A stretch of DNA of 57,912 nt from Myxococcales bacterium (GTDB taxonomy: Bacteria > Myxococcota_A > UBA9042 > JABWCM01 > BTVJ01). The stretch is from positions 1 through 57,912 of the forward strand of contig BTVJ01000047.1 in assembly GCA_045863395.1 (NCBI GenBank). The letters are read 5' to 3'. The notes below the pieces were generated by a model, which worked only from the letters and a program-made list of their open reading frames with translations, made no database searches and was not told the DNA's origin. This document shows, piece after piece, positions 33,331-44,147 of the stretch. Position numbers and translations under genes: made by a program. Numbering within the stretch: the stretch's first letter is position 1; each line of letters begins with the position of its first letter.

Positions 33331-34188
33331 ATGGCGCGCCGCGCACTCCCCGGCTTCCACCTGTCGATGGGCATGACGCTCACGTGGCTCTCGCTGCTGG
33401 TGGTCATCCCCCTCGGCGCCCTCGCGCTGAAGGCGCTCTCCCTGACCTGGGACCAGCTCTGGGCCGTGATCTCGTCGGAGCGCGCGGTGGCCTCCTACCG
33501 CCTCAGCTTCGGAGCCTCGCTGATCGCGGCGAGCGTCAACGCGGTCTTCGGGACGCTGATCGCCTGGGTCCTCGTGCGCTACGAGTTCCCCGGGCGCTCC
33601 GTGGTCGACGCCATCGTCGACCTGCCCTTCGCGCTGCCGACCGCCGTGGGCGGCATCGCGCTTACCGCCGCGTGGGAGCCGGCCGGGCTCGTCGGCCAGG
33701 TGCTCACCCCCCTCGGCCTCAAGGGCGCCTTCGCTCCCCTCGGGGTCGTCGTCGCCCTGGTGTTCATCGGGCTGCCCTTCGCGGTACGCACGGTACAGCC
33801 CGTGCTCGCCGAATTGGACCCGGCCCTCGAGGAGGCGTCGGCCACCTTGGGCGCGTCACGGCTGCTCACCTTCCGGCGGGTGCTCTTCCCCGCGATGCTC
33901 CCCGCAATTGCCACGGGCTTCACGCTCGCGTTTGCCCGCGCCGTGGGGGAGTATGGCTCGGTCGTGTTCATCTCGGGGAACCTGCCGTTCAAGACCGAGA
34001 TCACCCCGCTCCTGATCATGACCCACCTGGAGCAGTTCGACTATGGGGGTGCAACAGCGCTCGGCCTCGTGATGCTGCTCGCCTCCCTGGCGCTGCTCAT
34101 CGTGCTCAACCTGCTCCAGCGGCGCGTGCGCCCGGAGCGCTCCGCGTCGCGCATGCGCCCGCTCGTCGGCGGGCCGAAGGGGGAGTGA
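33331..34188 (+). CDS. cysT: Sulfate ABC transporter permease
   Basis: VDLPFALPTAVGGIAL, PFAVRTVQPV, EEASATLGA, ARAVGEYGSV. Confidence 0.93.
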   Translation: MARRALPGFHLSMGMTLTWLSLLVVIPLGALALKALSLTWDQLWAVISSERAVASYRLSFGASLIAASVNAVFGTLIAWVLVRYEFPGRSVVDAIVDLPFALPTAVGGIALTAAWEPAGLVGQVLTPLGLKGAFAPLGVVVALVFIGLPFAVRTVQPVLAELDPALEEASATLGASRLLTFRRVLFPAMLPAIATGFTLAFARAVGEYGSVVFISGNLPFKTEITPLLIMTHLEQFDYGGATALGLVMLLASLALLIVLNLLQRRVRPERSASRMRPLVGGPKGE

Positions 34189-34189
34189 C

Positions 34190-35086
34190 ATGGCCGGCTC
34201 CGTCTCTCTCTCTCTCGTTGGCCCGCGGCGCCGCTCCGCCACCGAGCCCTTCTGGGTCCGGGTGACGCTCCTGACCATCGCGGGGCTCTTCCTCGCCGTG
34301 TTCCTCCTCATGCCGTTGTGGGTCGTCGTCTCGTCGGCGCTCAAGGAGGGCCTCGGCGGCTATGTGCGGGCCCTCGGGCTCCCTGACACGGTCTCGGCGG
34401 TCCGGCTGACCCTGCTCGTTACCGGCATCGCGGTGCCGATCAACGTCGCGTTCGGGCTCGCGGCGGCGTGGGCCGTGGCCCGCTTCGACTTTCGAGGCAA
34501 GGCGCTCCTCGTCTCGCTCATCGACCTGCCGTTCTCCGTCTCGCCCGTGGTCGCCGGCATGCTCTTCGTCCTGCTGTTCGGCGCTCAGGGGATCTTCGGG
34601 CCGTGGCTCGCCGAGCACGGGATCCGCGTGATCTTCGCCGTCCCGGGCCTCGTCCTCGCGACTCTCTTCGTGACATTTCCGTTCGTGGCCCGCGAGCTGA
34701 TCCCGATCCTCGAGGCACAGGGGCCGGAGCAGGATCTCGCGGCGCTGACCCTCGGGGCCGGGCCGCTCCGTACAGCGTGGCACGTCACCCTGCCCAATGT
34801 CCGCTGGGGGCTCCTCTACGGGACTCTCCTGTGTACGGCCCGGGCGCTCGGCGAGTTCGGGGCCGTCTCCGTCGTCTCGGGTCACGTGCGGGGGCGGACG
34901 AACACGCTGCCGCTCCACATCGAGACCCTCTACAACGAGTATCAGTTCACCGCGGCCTGGGCCGTGTCGAGTCTGCTGGTCGGTGTGGCCGTCGTCACCT
35001 TGATCGCCCGCAAGGTCCTCGAGTGGCAGATTCGTCGAGCACTTCGCTCCGCTCAGGAGCACGTCACCCCCGGAGGAGCCCCGTGA
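34190..35086 (+). CDS. cysW: Sulfate ABC transporter permease
   Basis: [51 protein letters not shown]. Confidence 0.93.
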   Translation: MAGSVSLSLVGPRRRSATEPFWVRVTLLTIAGLFLAVFLLMPLWVVVSSALKEGLGGYVRALGLPDTVSAVRLTLLVTGIAVPINVAFGLAAAWAVARFDFRGKALLVSLIDLPFSVSPVVAGMLFVLLFGAQGIFGPWLAEHGIRVIFAVPGLVLATLFVTFPFVARELIPILEAQGPEQDLAALTLGAGPLRTAWHVTLPNVRWGLLYGTLLCTARALGEFGAVSVVSGHVRGRTNTLPLHIETLYNEYQFTAAWAVSSLLVGVAVVTLIARKVLEWQIRRALRSAQEHVTPGGAP

Positions 35087-36132
35087 GGATCCACGTCGAC
35101 CGAGTCACCAAGACCTATGACTTCTACCCCGCCCTCGACGACGTGAGCGTCAATGTCGCGGAGAACGACCTCGTGGCCCTGCTCGGACCCTCGGGGTCTG
35201 GGAAGACGACGCTGCTCCGCGTCATCGCGGGGCTCGAGCACCCGGAGCGCGGCCGCATCCTGTTCGACGACGAGGACGTCACCAATGTCCCCGTCCAGCG
35301 CCGTGGAATCGGCTTCGTGTTTCAGAACTACGCGCTCTTCGGGCACATGACGGTTGCCGACAACGTGGCGTTCGGGCTCCGCGTCCGCAAGGTGCCGAAG
35401 GCGGAGGCTCGCGAGCGGGTGATGGAGCTGCTGCGCCTCGTCCAGCTCGAGTCCATGGCGGCTCGCCTGCCTGGGCAGCTCTCGGGCGGTCAGCGGCAGC
35501 GGGTGGCCCTCGCCCGGGCGCTCGCTCCAAACCCGCGTGTGCTCCTCCTCGACGAGCCCTTTGGCGCCCTCGACGCCCGGGTGCGCCGCGAGCTCCGCGA
35601 GTGGCTCCGCCGCCTCCATGACGAGATCCACGTGACGAGCGTGTTCGTCACCCACGACCAGGAGGAGGCCTTCGAGGTGGCCGACCACGTCGTCATCCTG
35701 CACAAGGGCCGCGTGCAGCAGACGGGCACCCCGGACGAGGTCTTCGACAGCCCCGAGAACCCCTTCGTGCTCGACTTTCTCGGCGACGTGGCGGCGATCC
35801 CCGGATTTGCCGAGGCGGGGCAGGGGACCTTCGGCTCCCTCTCGGCGCCGGCACCTGGCGCGACGGTGCGGGCTCCGGCCCATGCCTGGGTCCGTGGGCA
35901 TGACCTGGCCCTCGCCCCGGACGGCGACGTGCCCGCTCGCCTGCTGGCCCGCATCGCAGACCACCGGCGCATCGGGGCGGTGGTCCGGCTGACCCTCGTG
36001 GAGCGGGATACCGGCGCGCGCATCGCCACCGTCGTCCCCCACCACGAGTGGGTCTCGCTGGGTCTGGCGCTGGGAGACTTCGTGGAGGCCGGAGTGCGCC
36101 GTGTCCACGTCGTCACCGAGGGGCTCGGATGA
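35083..36132 (+). CDS. cysA: Sulfate ABC transporter ATP-binding protein
   Basis: [49 protein letters not shown] overlap with cysW. Confidence 0.93.
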   Translation: MRIHVDRVTKTYDFYPALDDVSVNVAENDLVALLGPSGSGKTTLLRVIAGLEHPERGRILFDDEDVTNVPVQRRGIGFVFQNYALFGHMTVADNVAFGLRVRKVPKAEARERVMELLRLVQLESMAARLPGQLSGGQRQRVALARALAPNPRVLLLDEPFGALDARVRRELREWLRRLHDEIHVTSVFVTHDQEEAFEVADHVVILHKGRVQQTGTPDEVFDSPENPFVLDFLGDVAAIPGFAEAGQGTFGSLSAPAPGATVRAPAHAWVRGHDLALAPDGDVPARLLARIADHRRIGAVVRLTLVERDTGARIATVVPHHEWVSLGLALGDFVEAGVRRVHVVTEGLG

Positions 36133-37781
36133 CCGAGCACCGCCAGACCCGCGAGAGAGTGACGAAGGCGCCCGGCGAGGACCGCGCGCTGGAGCTCGAG
36201 GCTCTCCGCGCGCTCGCAGATCAGGAGCGGCCAGATCGCGTGATGGCGAGATGGGGCGCGCTGCTGGAGCGCTCGTGCCCCGTCCAGGCGCTCTCCCTCT
36301 TCGGTGTGCTTCGAGGAGAGCTCGTCCTGCTCGTGGGGTGGGCGGACCCCCACGAGCTGCCGCTGCCACCGGACACGGCACCGCGCCGTAGCAGTCCTCT
36401 CCGACCTGGCGCTATCTCCGCGCATTCGCCACTGAGCGGGGGTGCGGAGCTTGCCGAGCTCCTGCGCTATGTCGCCGGGGCAGGCGTGTGCAGGGTCGAC
36501 GCGGCCGATGCACCCGACGTGGCGAAGAGGCTCGCCCCCGCTGGTGCAGCAGGTCGCACGGCGCTCCTGCCGCTGGTGAGCGGCGAGCGGACCCTGGGGC
36601 TCCTGCTTGCCGTGGTGAAGTCGGAGCGCGCCTCGGCCCTCGGCGCGCTCTCGACGCTCGCGGGCGCGGCGTCCGTGCTCGCCGCGATTGTCCTGGCGCG
36701 GGCGGGCTCCACTCCTGAGCCGCCGCCAGGGCGTGCCGACGAGCGCGCCCGGGCCGGGGAGCTGGACATCGTGGGAGAGACGCAGGGCCTCCGCGAGGTC
36801 ATGGGGCAGGTCGCGCGCGTGGCCCCGCTGGACGTCCCGGTCCTCGTCCTCGGAGAGACCGGCTCCGGCAAGGAGATGATCGCCCGTGCGATTCACGCAC
36901 GCTCCGCCCGCTCGGCGGGGCCCGTCGTGCGGGTGAACTGTGGCGCGATCCCGCCGGAGCTGGTGGACTCGGAGCTCTTCGGCCACGAACGCGGCAGCTT
37001 CACGGGAGCCACTGGCACACGCCAGGGGTGGTTCGAGCGCGCCGACGGCGGAACCCTCTTCCTCGACGAGGTGGGGGAGCTCCCCCTTCCTGCCCAGGTC
37101 CGCCTGCTGCGTGTCCTGCAGGACGGGACCTTCCACCGCGTCGGCGGACACAAGACGCTGCATGCCGACGTCCGAATCGTCACCGCCACCCACCGGGACT
37201 TGCGGGCCATGGTGCAGTCCGGGACATTCCGAGAGGACCTCTGGTATCGCGTCGGCGTGTTCCCCCTTCGTCTCCCCCCTCTCCGCGAGCGCCTGGAGGA
37301 TCTACCGGCCCTCGCGAGGCACTTCGCTCGTCTTGCTGGCGAGCGACTCGGCGCGGGCTTCCTGGCTCCGACCGACGAGGACCTCCGGCTCCTCGCTCGC
37401 TACCCGTGGCCCGGGAACGTCCGCGAGCTCGCCTCCGTCATCGAGCGTGCCGCCATCCTGGGCCACGCGCGACGGCTCGACGTCGCGTCGGCCCTCTCTC
37501 TGGGGCTGTCGTCCGCGTCGCCGGGCGCCTCGGGGGCGGAGCGCGAGCCCGCGACGGCGCGCAGCTCGTCGGACCCCTCGCAGGACACGCTGGACGCTGC
37601 CATGGTGCGCCAGATCGAGGCCGCGCTCGCTCGCAGCTTCGGTCGGATCGAAGGGCCAGCGGGGGCCGCCGCCATCCTGGGGATCAATCCCCACACGCTG
37701 CGGTCCCGGATGCGCAAGCTGGGCGTCGAGTGGTCCCGCTTCCGCCCCCATCCTCCGGGTGTGAGAATGACTGAGCCATGA
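36129..37781 (+). CDS. Sigma54-dependent transcriptional activator (bEBP, FhlA-like AAA+ and HTH, GAF-like N-terminus)
   Basis: [73 protein letters not shown] overlap with cysA. Confidence 0.9.
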   Translation: MTEHRQTRERVTKAPGEDRALELEALRALADQERPDRVMARWGALLERSCPVQALSLFGVLRGELVLLVGWADPHELPLPPDTAPRRSSPLRPGAISAHSPLSGGAELAELLRYVAGAGVCRVDAADAPDVAKRLAPAGAAGRTALLPLVSGERTLGLLLAVVKSERASALGALSTLAGAASVLAAIVLARAGSTPEPPPGRADERARAGELDIVGETQGLREVMGQVARVAPLDVPVLVLGETGSGKEMIARAIHARSARSAGPVVRVNCGAIPPELVDSELFGHERGSFTGATGTRQGWFERADGGTLFLDEVGELPLPAQVRLLRVLQDGTFHRVGGHKTLHADVRIVTATHRDLRAMVQSGTFREDLWYRVGVFPLRLPPLRERLEDLPALARHFARLAGERLGAGFLAPTDEDLRLLARYPWPGNVRELASVIERAAILGHARRLDVASALSLGLSSASPGASGAEREPATARSSSDPSQDTLDAAMVRQIEAALARSFGRIEGPAGAAAILGINPHTLRSRMRKLGVEWSRFRPHPPGVRMTEP

Positions 37782-38086
37782 GGTCTCAGGGTTCCCCGTT
37801 CTCCGTCCTTGTGTCAGCGTCCGTTTCACTGCTCCGACTCCTTGAGGGGGTGTTCAACACGGCTGGCCAGCGGTGGCCGAGTGATAGGGTCGTCTCTGCA
37901 AGGACGCTTGGAGGGTGTACTCGAAGCGGCCCTGCCAAACGTATGGTCGCGTACCAAGTGGGTGCGTCCCAGACCTCCCGACGACGAGACGAGTAGCGTC
38001 CGGTCGGGGTCCGCTCGTCGAAGAGATCTGACCCCTTCGGTGGGGGCCCGCCCGAGCGCTCGCGACGCGCCGCCTTGAACACGGGC

Positions 38087-38220
38087 CATGAGGCCGTGCT
38101 CGTTCGCCGCTCTGGCTGGACCGATGGGTCACCGGGCGCCTCTGCCGTCCTGGGGATCAAGCCCCCCACTCAGCGTTCCCCGATGCGACATCTGTGCGCC
38201 GCTGGTCCCGCTCTCGTCCT
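38087..38220 (+). pseudogene. Degenerate second copy of the activator's HTH-coding 3' end
   Basis: Reads HEAVLVRRSGWTDGSPGASAVLGIKPPTQRSPMRHL, colinear with [36 protein letters not shown] at 37614-37721. Confidence 0.7.
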
Positions 38221-38457
38221 GTCCTGCCCAAGGCTTGATTGACCGGGCCTTGAAACTCCACGGTCTCCCATTGCCCGTCCTGGGCTGAGCGTTCTGTGTC
38301 ACGGCTGCATCACGGGAGTCTCGCGCGACGCGCAAGTCCGGGCGTCCAAGTTTCGGATCGGCATTGAACGCTCTCCAGCGCATGAATGCGGCGCAGGAGC
38401 CCTATGCCGGCCATGAGTGGGGCGGTGACACTCGGTACGAGCGCCTTCGCTCGTGCC

Positions 38458-38473
38458 TGGCACGCTCTGTGCA
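38458..38473 (+). promoter_or_regulatory. Sigma54 (-24/-12) promoter upstream of cysK
   Basis: TGGCACGCTCTGTGCA matches TGGCACG-N4-(T)TGCW with exact GG-N10-GC spacing, about 100 nt before cysK. Confidence 0.75.
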
Positions 38474-38571
38474 AATCCCGTTGACATGGAGGTGACGTAG
38501 CACTCCGACTCGCAGGGTAGGGTCTGGAGACATCGCCGAGCATGGTTGTGATGGTGTTTCAAGGAGGACTC

Positions 38572-39561
38572 ATGGCCGAGAGTGTTGAGCACTGGTTCGC
38601 GGACAATGCCCTGACTATCGGGAACACGCCCCTGGTGCGCCTGAACCGTATCACTGACGGAGCCCGCGGCATCGTGCTGGCCAAGATCGAGGGGCGGAAC
38701 CCGGCCTATTCCGTGAAGTGCAGGCTCGGCGCTGCCCTGGTGTGGGACGCCGAGAGACGGGGGCTGCTCGGTCCGGGCAAGGAGCTCGTCGAGCCGACGA
38801 GCGGCAACACGGGAATCGCACTTGCCTTTGTGGCCGCCGCCAGAGGCTACCCTCTGACCCTGACGATGCCCGAGACCATGAGCCTCGAGCGTCGCAAGCT
38901 GCTCACGGCCTACGGAGCGCGACTGATTCTGACAGCCGGTGCTCGGGGCATGGCCGGAGCGGTGGCTGCGGCTGAGGAGCTCGCGGCCTCCGACCCGGCG
39001 CGCTATGTTCTGCTTCAGCAGTTTCGCAACCCGGCGAACCCCCGCATCCACGAGACGACCACTGGTCCCGAGATCTGGAGAGACACGGCAGGGGCAGTGG
39101 ACGTGCTCGTCGCTGGTGTCGGCACCGGGGGAACCATCACGGGGGTCTCGCGCTACATCAAGGAGACGCGGGGCAAGGCGATTCGTTCCGTGGCCGTCGA
39201 GCCGGCGGCGAGCCCCGTGCTCAGCCAGCGGCGAGGAGGGCTGGAGCTGAAGCCGGGCCCCCACAAGATCCAGGGTATCGGTGCGGGCTTCATCCCCCAG
39301 GTGCTCGATCTCTCGCTCGTGGACGAGATTGAGCAGGTGACGAACGAGGAGGCGGTCTCCTTTGCGCTGCGCTTGACGCGGGAGGAAGGGATCCTCTCCG
39401 GGATCTCGTCTGGTGCGGCCGCGGCAGTCGCCGTGCGTATCGCGCAGCGACCTGAGAACGATGGGAAGGTGATCGTGGTCGTGCTGCCGGACTCCGGCGA
39501 GCGCTACCTGAGCTCAATCCTCTTCGACGGCGTCTTCGATGCCGATGGGTTCAGCGTCTGA
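38572..39561 (+). CDS. cysK: Cysteine synthase A
   Basis: [16 protein letters not shown] (PLP Lys), [38 protein letters not shown] upstream. Confidence 0.94.
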   Translation: MAESVEHWFADNALTIGNTPLVRLNRITDGARGIVLAKIEGRNPAYSVKCRLGAALVWDAERRGLLGPGKELVEPTSGNTGIALAFVAAARGYPLTLTMPETMSLERRKLLTAYGARLILTAGARGMAGAVAAAEELAASDPARYVLLQQFRNPANPRIHETTTGPEIWRDTAGAVDVLVAGVGTGGTITGVSRYIKETRGKAIRSVAVEPAASPVLSQRRGGLELKPGPHKIQGIGAGFIPQVLDLSLVDEIEQVTNEEAVSFALRLTREEGILSGISSGAAAAVAVRIAQRPENDGKVIVVVLPDSGERYLSSILFDGVFDADGFSV

Positions 39562-39740
39562 GTCTTCGGACCCCGGAGACACCCGAGGATGAGAGACGAC
39601 ACGTCGATCATGGCGACCTTGGGGGGAACGAGTACGGCTTGAAAAGAGAGCAGGTGCTGTCGGCCCAGGTGGGTCGGAGGCCTGAAGTCATGGGAATCAT
39701 GCTTTGAGCCGCCTCGCGCTGACGAGGCTCAGGAGAGCAG

Positions 39741-40661
39741 ATGGCAGAGACGTTCATTGGGCAGCATGCGCTGACAGACACAGCGGCGCGCCAACTGGCG
39801 AACGCCACGAAGACCGTTCCGCAGCTCGAGTCCATCACGCCGCGGTGGCTATTGCACCTGCTCCCCTGGGTGCCCTTGGAAGCGGGCGTCTACCGCGTCA
39901 ATCGCGTCAAGCCGGGATCGAAGGTGGTCGTCGAGGGGGCGCGCCGCGACGAGCGAGTCGTTCCAGAGACCTTCGTCGACTACGACGACAAGCCCCGGGA
40001 GTACTTCCTGAGCGCGGTGACCACCGTGCTCGACATCCACACGCGGGTGTCAGACCTGTACAGCACCCCCCACGACCAGGTGTCCGAGCAGCTCCGCCTG
40101 ACGGTCGAGTTCGTCAAGGAGCGCCAGGAGCGGGAGCTCATCGTCAATCCCGAGTATGGGTTCCTGGCGAACGTGGCGCCGTCCCAGCGGCTTCGCACCC
40201 GGACCGGTCCGCCGACCCCTGACGACTTCGACGATCTCATCTCCATCGTCTGGAAGGAGCCGGCCTTCTTTCTGGCCCACCCTGCCGCCATCGCCGCCTT
40301 CGGCAAGGAGTGCACCTCCCGGGGAGTTCCGCCACCCACGACCAGCCTCTTCGGGAGCCCGTTCCTCACGTGGCGCGGGCTGCCCATCATCCCCTCGGAC
40401 AAGCTCGACGTCACGGTCGGTCCCGACGGAATCGGGCGGACCAACATCCTCCTCCTCCGCGTCGGCGAGAAGCGCCAGGGGGTCGTCGGACTCTACCAGC
40501 CTGGGCTCGAGGGAGAGCACAGCCTCGGGCTCGCCGTGCGCTTCATGGGCATCAGCCGTCAGGCCATCGCGTCGTATCTGATCTCGCTCTACTCGTCCCT
40601 CGCCATCCTGACCGATGACGCGGTGGGGCTCCTGGAGGGAGTCGAGGTGAGCCGCCCATGA
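39741..40661 (+). CDS. Family 2A encapsulin nanocompartment shell protein (SrpI-like)
   Basis: AARQLANATKTVPQ..ITPRWLL..LPW, TFVDYDDKPREY, HTRVSDLYSTPHDQ..EQLRL, GPPTPDDFD.L, WRGLPIIPSDK; 306 aa, directly before a cysteine desulfurase. Confidence 0.9.
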   Translation: MAETFIGQHALTDTAARQLANATKTVPQLESITPRWLLHLLPWVPLEAGVYRVNRVKPGSKVVVEGARRDERVVPETFVDYDDKPREYFLSAVTTVLDIHTRVSDLYSTPHDQVSEQLRLTVEFVKERQERELIVNPEYGFLANVAPSQRLRTRTGPPTPDDFDDLISIVWKEPAFFLAHPAAIAAFGKECTSRGVPPPTTSLFGSPFLTWRGLPIIPSDKLDVTVGPDGIGRTNILLLRVGEKRQGVVGLYQPGLEGEHSLGLAVRFMGISRQAIASYLISLYSSLAILTDDAVGLLEGVEVSRP

Positions 40662-42232
40662 CGAGCTTCGGAATCGGCGGCCCCGCCCCGAGCCCTCCGG
40701 ATGGAATGGTCAATCTCTTTCGGGCGGTGACCGCGGCCGCCACGGAGCATGGCCGTGGGGTGACCATCGACGAGCTAGCGAGCCATGCGGTGGCAGCGCT
40801 TGGCCTCGCGGCTCGGCCCGCGGTGCCGCCGCCCGGCAGCGCAGTCGTCCTCCCGGTCCCCCGTGACCTCGGCCCGTCTGCGGTCCCGGTCTCTGTCTCC
40901 GCCGCGGGCGCGGGGGACCTGGGTGCTCACCCGCCGTCCGCCAGTCTGGCGCCGTACTGGGCGCCTCCGCATCCCCTCCGACCCGATGCCGGGTGGGTGC
41001 GGCCTTCCATCGACGTCCATGCGGTTCGCCGTGACTTTCCGATCCTCTCAGAGCGCGTGCATGGAAAGCGGCTGATCTGGCTGGACAACGCCGCGACGAC
41101 GCAGAAGCCGACGGCGGTGATCGAGCGGTTGGTCCGTTTCTACTCGCACGAGAACTCCAACATCCATCGCGCCGCGCATGCGCTGGCCGCCCGTGCGACG
41201 GATGCATACGAGGGAGCGCGAGAGAGTGTCCGCGCGTTCCTCAACGCGCCGTCGCCTCGCGGGGTGGTGTTCGTCCGAGGCGCCACGGAGGGGATCAACC
41301 TCGTCGCCAAGAGCTGGGGTCGCCAGAACATCCGGGAGGGGGACGAGATCGTGCTCACCTGGATCGAGCACCACTCGAACCTGGTCCCCTGGCAGCAGCT
41401 CGCGGCGTCCACAGGCGCGCGGCTTCGGTTCGCCCCGGTGGACGACGACGGCCAGATCATCTTGTCTGAGTACCAGAGTCTGCTTGGACCGCGCACGCGC
41501 CTCGTCGCCTTCACGCAGGTCTCAAATGCCCTCGGCACGGTGACGCCGGCCCAGGCGCTGATCGAGTCCGCCCACCGCCACGGCGCGAAGGTGCTCGTGG
41601 ACGGGGCCCAGGCGGTCAGCCACTTTCCGGTGGACGTGCAGGCCCTCGGCGCTGACTTCTATGTCCTCTCGGGTCACAAGGTCTTCGCCCCGACGGGGAT
41701 CGGGGTCCTCTGGGCCCATGAGGCGCTGCTCGACGCCACGGAGCCGTGGCAGGGCGGCGGCAACATGATCGACGACGTGACACTCGAGCACAGCACCTAC
41801 CAGGCTGCTCCTGCGAGGTTCGAGGCGGGCACGGGGAGCATCGCCGACGCTGTCGCCCTCGGCGCGGCCGTCGAGTATCTGTCGGGGTTGGGGCTCGAGG
41901 CCGTCCATCGCTGGGAGCAGGAGCTCCTGTCCTATGGGACCGAGTGCCTTCGCAGGATCCCCGGGCTTCGGCTCATCGGTACGGCCCCGGCGAAGGCGGG
42001 CATCCTGTCCTTCGTGCTCGACGGGATCACCACGGAGGACGTGGGCCGCGCACTCGACCATGAGGGGATTGCCGTGCGGGCGGGTCATCATTGTGCGCTT
42101 CCTGCGCTTCGTCGGTTCGGGCTGGAGAGCACCGTTCGTCCGTCGCTGGCACTCTACAATACGCCGGAAGAGATCGACGCCCTCGTCGCCGCCGTGAAGA
42201 GGGTCGGTGCCTCGCGACGCCGAGGACGGTGA
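40658..42232 (+). CDS. Encapsulin cargo cysteine desulfurase (SufS-type) with a disordered N-terminal extension
   Basis: About 115-aa Pro/Ala-rich N-terminus, then LDNAATTQKP, EHHSN, DGAQ, SGHK, RAGHHCA; ATGA overlap with the shell gene. Confidence 0.92.
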   Translation: MTSFGIGGPAPSPPDGMVNLFRAVTAAATEHGRGVTIDELASHAVAALGLAARPAVPPPGSAVVLPVPRDLGPSAVPVSVSAAGAGDLGAHPPSASLAPYWAPPHPLRPDAGWVRPSIDVHAVRRDFPILSERVHGKRLIWLDNAATTQKPTAVIERLVRFYSHENSNIHRAAHALAARATDAYEGARESVRAFLNAPSPRGVVFVRGATEGINLVAKSWGRQNIREGDEIVLTWIEHHSNLVPWQQLAASTGARLRFAPVDDDGQIILSEYQSLLGPRTRLVAFTQVSNALGTVTPAQALIESAHRHGAKVLVDGAQAVSHFPVDVQALGADFYVLSGHKVFAPTGIGVLWAHEALLDATEPWQGGGNMIDDVTLEHSTYQAAPARFEAGTGSIADAVALGAAVEYLSGLGLEAVHRWEQELLSYGTECLRRIPGLRLIGTAPAKAGILSFVLDGITTEDVGRALDHEGIAVRAGHHCALPALRRFGLESTVRPSLALYNTPEEIDALVAAVKRVGASRRRGR

Positions 42233-42274
42233 TGCGGCTGTGTCAGGTCTGCACCTGAGGTTGGAGGGAGACTC

Positions 42275-42709
42275 GTGACCGTGGATCTCGCGCACTTCAC
42301 GCCGGTGGCCTCCCTCGGTGGGGGTCTGATCATCGGCGCTGCGGCGTCGGTGCTCGTGCTCCTCACTGGGCGCATCGCCGGGATCAGCGGCATCCTCGGC
42401 GATCTGATCGGGCGCAGCGCGACTGGCCAGAGGGGGTGGCGCCTTGCCTTCCTGGCGGGTCTCCTCGTGTCTGCGTGGATCGCCCACGCCGTCGCCGGCC
42501 TGAGCATGCCGCACATCGACGCGCGAGCCGAGCTGCTCGTCGGTTCGGGGCTCCTGGTGGGATACGGGACCCGGCTCGGCTCGGGCTGCACGAGCGGTCA
42601 CGGCGTCTGCGGGCTCTCCCGCCTCTCATCCCGCTCTGCCGTCGCCACCGCGGTCTTCATGGCCGTCGGGTTCGCGACGGTCTTCGTGGTCCGGCACGTC
42701 GTTGGTTAG
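42275..42709 (+). CDS. YeeE/YedE family sulfur-compound transporter
   Basis: [31 protein letters not shown]. Confidence 0.88.
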   Translation: MTVDLAHFTPVASLGGGLIIGAAASVLVLLTGRIAGISGILGDLIGRSATGQRGWRLAFLAGLLVSAWIAHAVAGLSMPHIDARAELLVGSGLLVGYGTRLGSGCTSGHGVCGLSRLSSRSAVATAVFMAVGFATVFVVRHVVG

Positions 42710-42738
42710 AGGGTCCGCAGCAGACACGGAGTGATCGA

Positions 42739-43188
42739 ATGGTGGCGGCCACATCCTTCATCGCGGGGCTGGTCTTCGGCGTGGGCCTCGTGCTCAGCGG
42801 CATGACCGACCCGCGCAAGGTCATCGGCTTCCTCGACCTGGCGGGCGCATGGGATCCATCGCTCGCTCTCGTGATGGGGGGCGCCATCCTGGTGGGGCTC
42901 CCGGCCTTCTCCGTAGCAAGGCGGCAGGAGCACAGCGTGCTCGGTGCGCCCATGCCGGCGCCGCCAACGAGGAGGATCGACCGTCCCCTGATCGCAGGGG
43001 CGACCCTGTTCGGCGTTGGCTGGGGTCTCTCCGGGCTGTGTCCGGGGCCGGCCATTGTCGCCGCTGGCGCCGGCGCCACGGGGGGCCTCCTGTTCACGGC
43101 GGCCATGCTCGCGGGAATGACATTCCACTTCCTCCTGGGCGGCCCGTCCACCGCGTCCACTCCGCCGCAAGACGGGGAGACTCCATGA
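42739..43188 (+). CDS. YeeE/YedE family (DUF6691-like) partner membrane protein
   Basis: GLVLSGMTDPRKVIGFLD, WDPSLALVMGGA, FGVGWGLSGLCPGP. Confidence 0.87.
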   Translation: MVAATSFIAGLVFGVGLVLSGMTDPRKVIGFLDLAGAWDPSLALVMGGAILVGLPAFSVARRQEHSVLGAPMPAPPTRRIDRPLIAGATLFGVGWGLSGLCPGPAIVAAGAGATGGLLFTAAMLAGMTFHFLLGGPSTASTPPQDGETP

Positions 43189-44027
43189 GCATGTCCACAC
43201 CTCGTGTCGAGAGGCTCTCGCCGGCCATCGGAGCCACTGTCCACGGGCTCGATCTGACCCACCCCATCGGCGACGCCCTGCGTGACGAGCTGTCCCAGCT
43301 CCTCCTCGAGCATCACGTCCTGTTCTTCCACGAGCAGCGGATCACGCCGGCACAGCAGCGCGACCTGGCGGCCCGCTTCGGCGCGCTGCACATGCACCCC
43401 GTCTACCCTCACGTCGGCGACGTGCCCGAGATCATCGTGCTGGACACAGACGCGGAGAACCCGCCCGACAACGACAACTGGCACACCGATGTCACCTTCA
43501 TCGAGACGCCGCCGATGGGAGCTGTCCTGTCAGCCCGTCTTCTGCCCCCGGCAGGCGGAGACACGCTGTGGGCCAGCGGCATCGCGGCCTACGAGGCGCT
43601 CTCCGACTCCCTGCGCAGGTTCGTGGAGACGCTGACCTGCGAGCACGACTTTCTGAGGAGCTTCCCGGCGTGGCGGTTCGCCCGCACGCCCGAGGAGCGA
43701 GTTCGCTGGGAGGCAGCTCGGGACGCAAGCCCCCCGGTGATTCATCCGGTGATTCGCACCCATCCGGTCACGGGTCGCCGCGGAATCTTCGTCAATGAGG
43801 GGTTCTCGTCCCGGATCCTCGAGCTGTCACCCCGCGAGAGCGAGGCGCTCCTCCGGTTTCTCACCACCCACGTCGCCAAGCCGGAGCACACGGTCCGGTG
43901 GCGGTGGCGGACCTACGACCTCGCGTTCTGGGACAACCGGCTGACCCAGCACTACGCGACTGCGGACTACCTGCCCCACCGCCGCGTGATGCACCGCGCC
44001 ACGATCCTCGGAGACCGGCCCTACTGA
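43185..44027 (+). CDS. tauD: Taurine dioxygenase (Fe/2-oxoglutarate sulfonate dioxygenase)
   Basis: NPPDNDNWHTDVTFIETPP, GGDTLWASG, HPVIRTHP, WDNRLTQHYA, RVMHRATILGD. Confidence 0.92.
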   Translation: MSMSTPRVERLSPAIGATVHGLDLTHPIGDALRDELSQLLLEHHVLFFHEQRITPAQQRDLAARFGALHMHPVYPHVGDVPEIIVLDTDAENPPDNDNWHTDVTFIETPPMGAVLSARLLPPAGGDTLWASGIAAYEALSDSLRRFVETLTCEHDFLRSFPAWRFARTPEERVRWEAARDASPPVIHPVIRTHPVTGRRGIFVNEGFSSRILELSPRESEALLRFLTTHVAKPEHTVRWRWRTYDLAFWDNRLTQHYATADYLPHRRVMHRATILGDRPY

Positions 44028-44147
44028 ACGCCGAACCTCTCCACCGACGACGGCTGCACCCCTCCACCTCTGGCATGAGGTGGCGCCGACGGCGACGACG
44101 TGAGCCCCCAATCCTCGACGTCAGGTGCTCTCGGCAGAGACACCGGC

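Noticed and set aside
39741..40661. Prophage capsid gene
   Set aside because: No portal, terminase or tail genes nearby; sequence and context fit a family 2A encapsulin.
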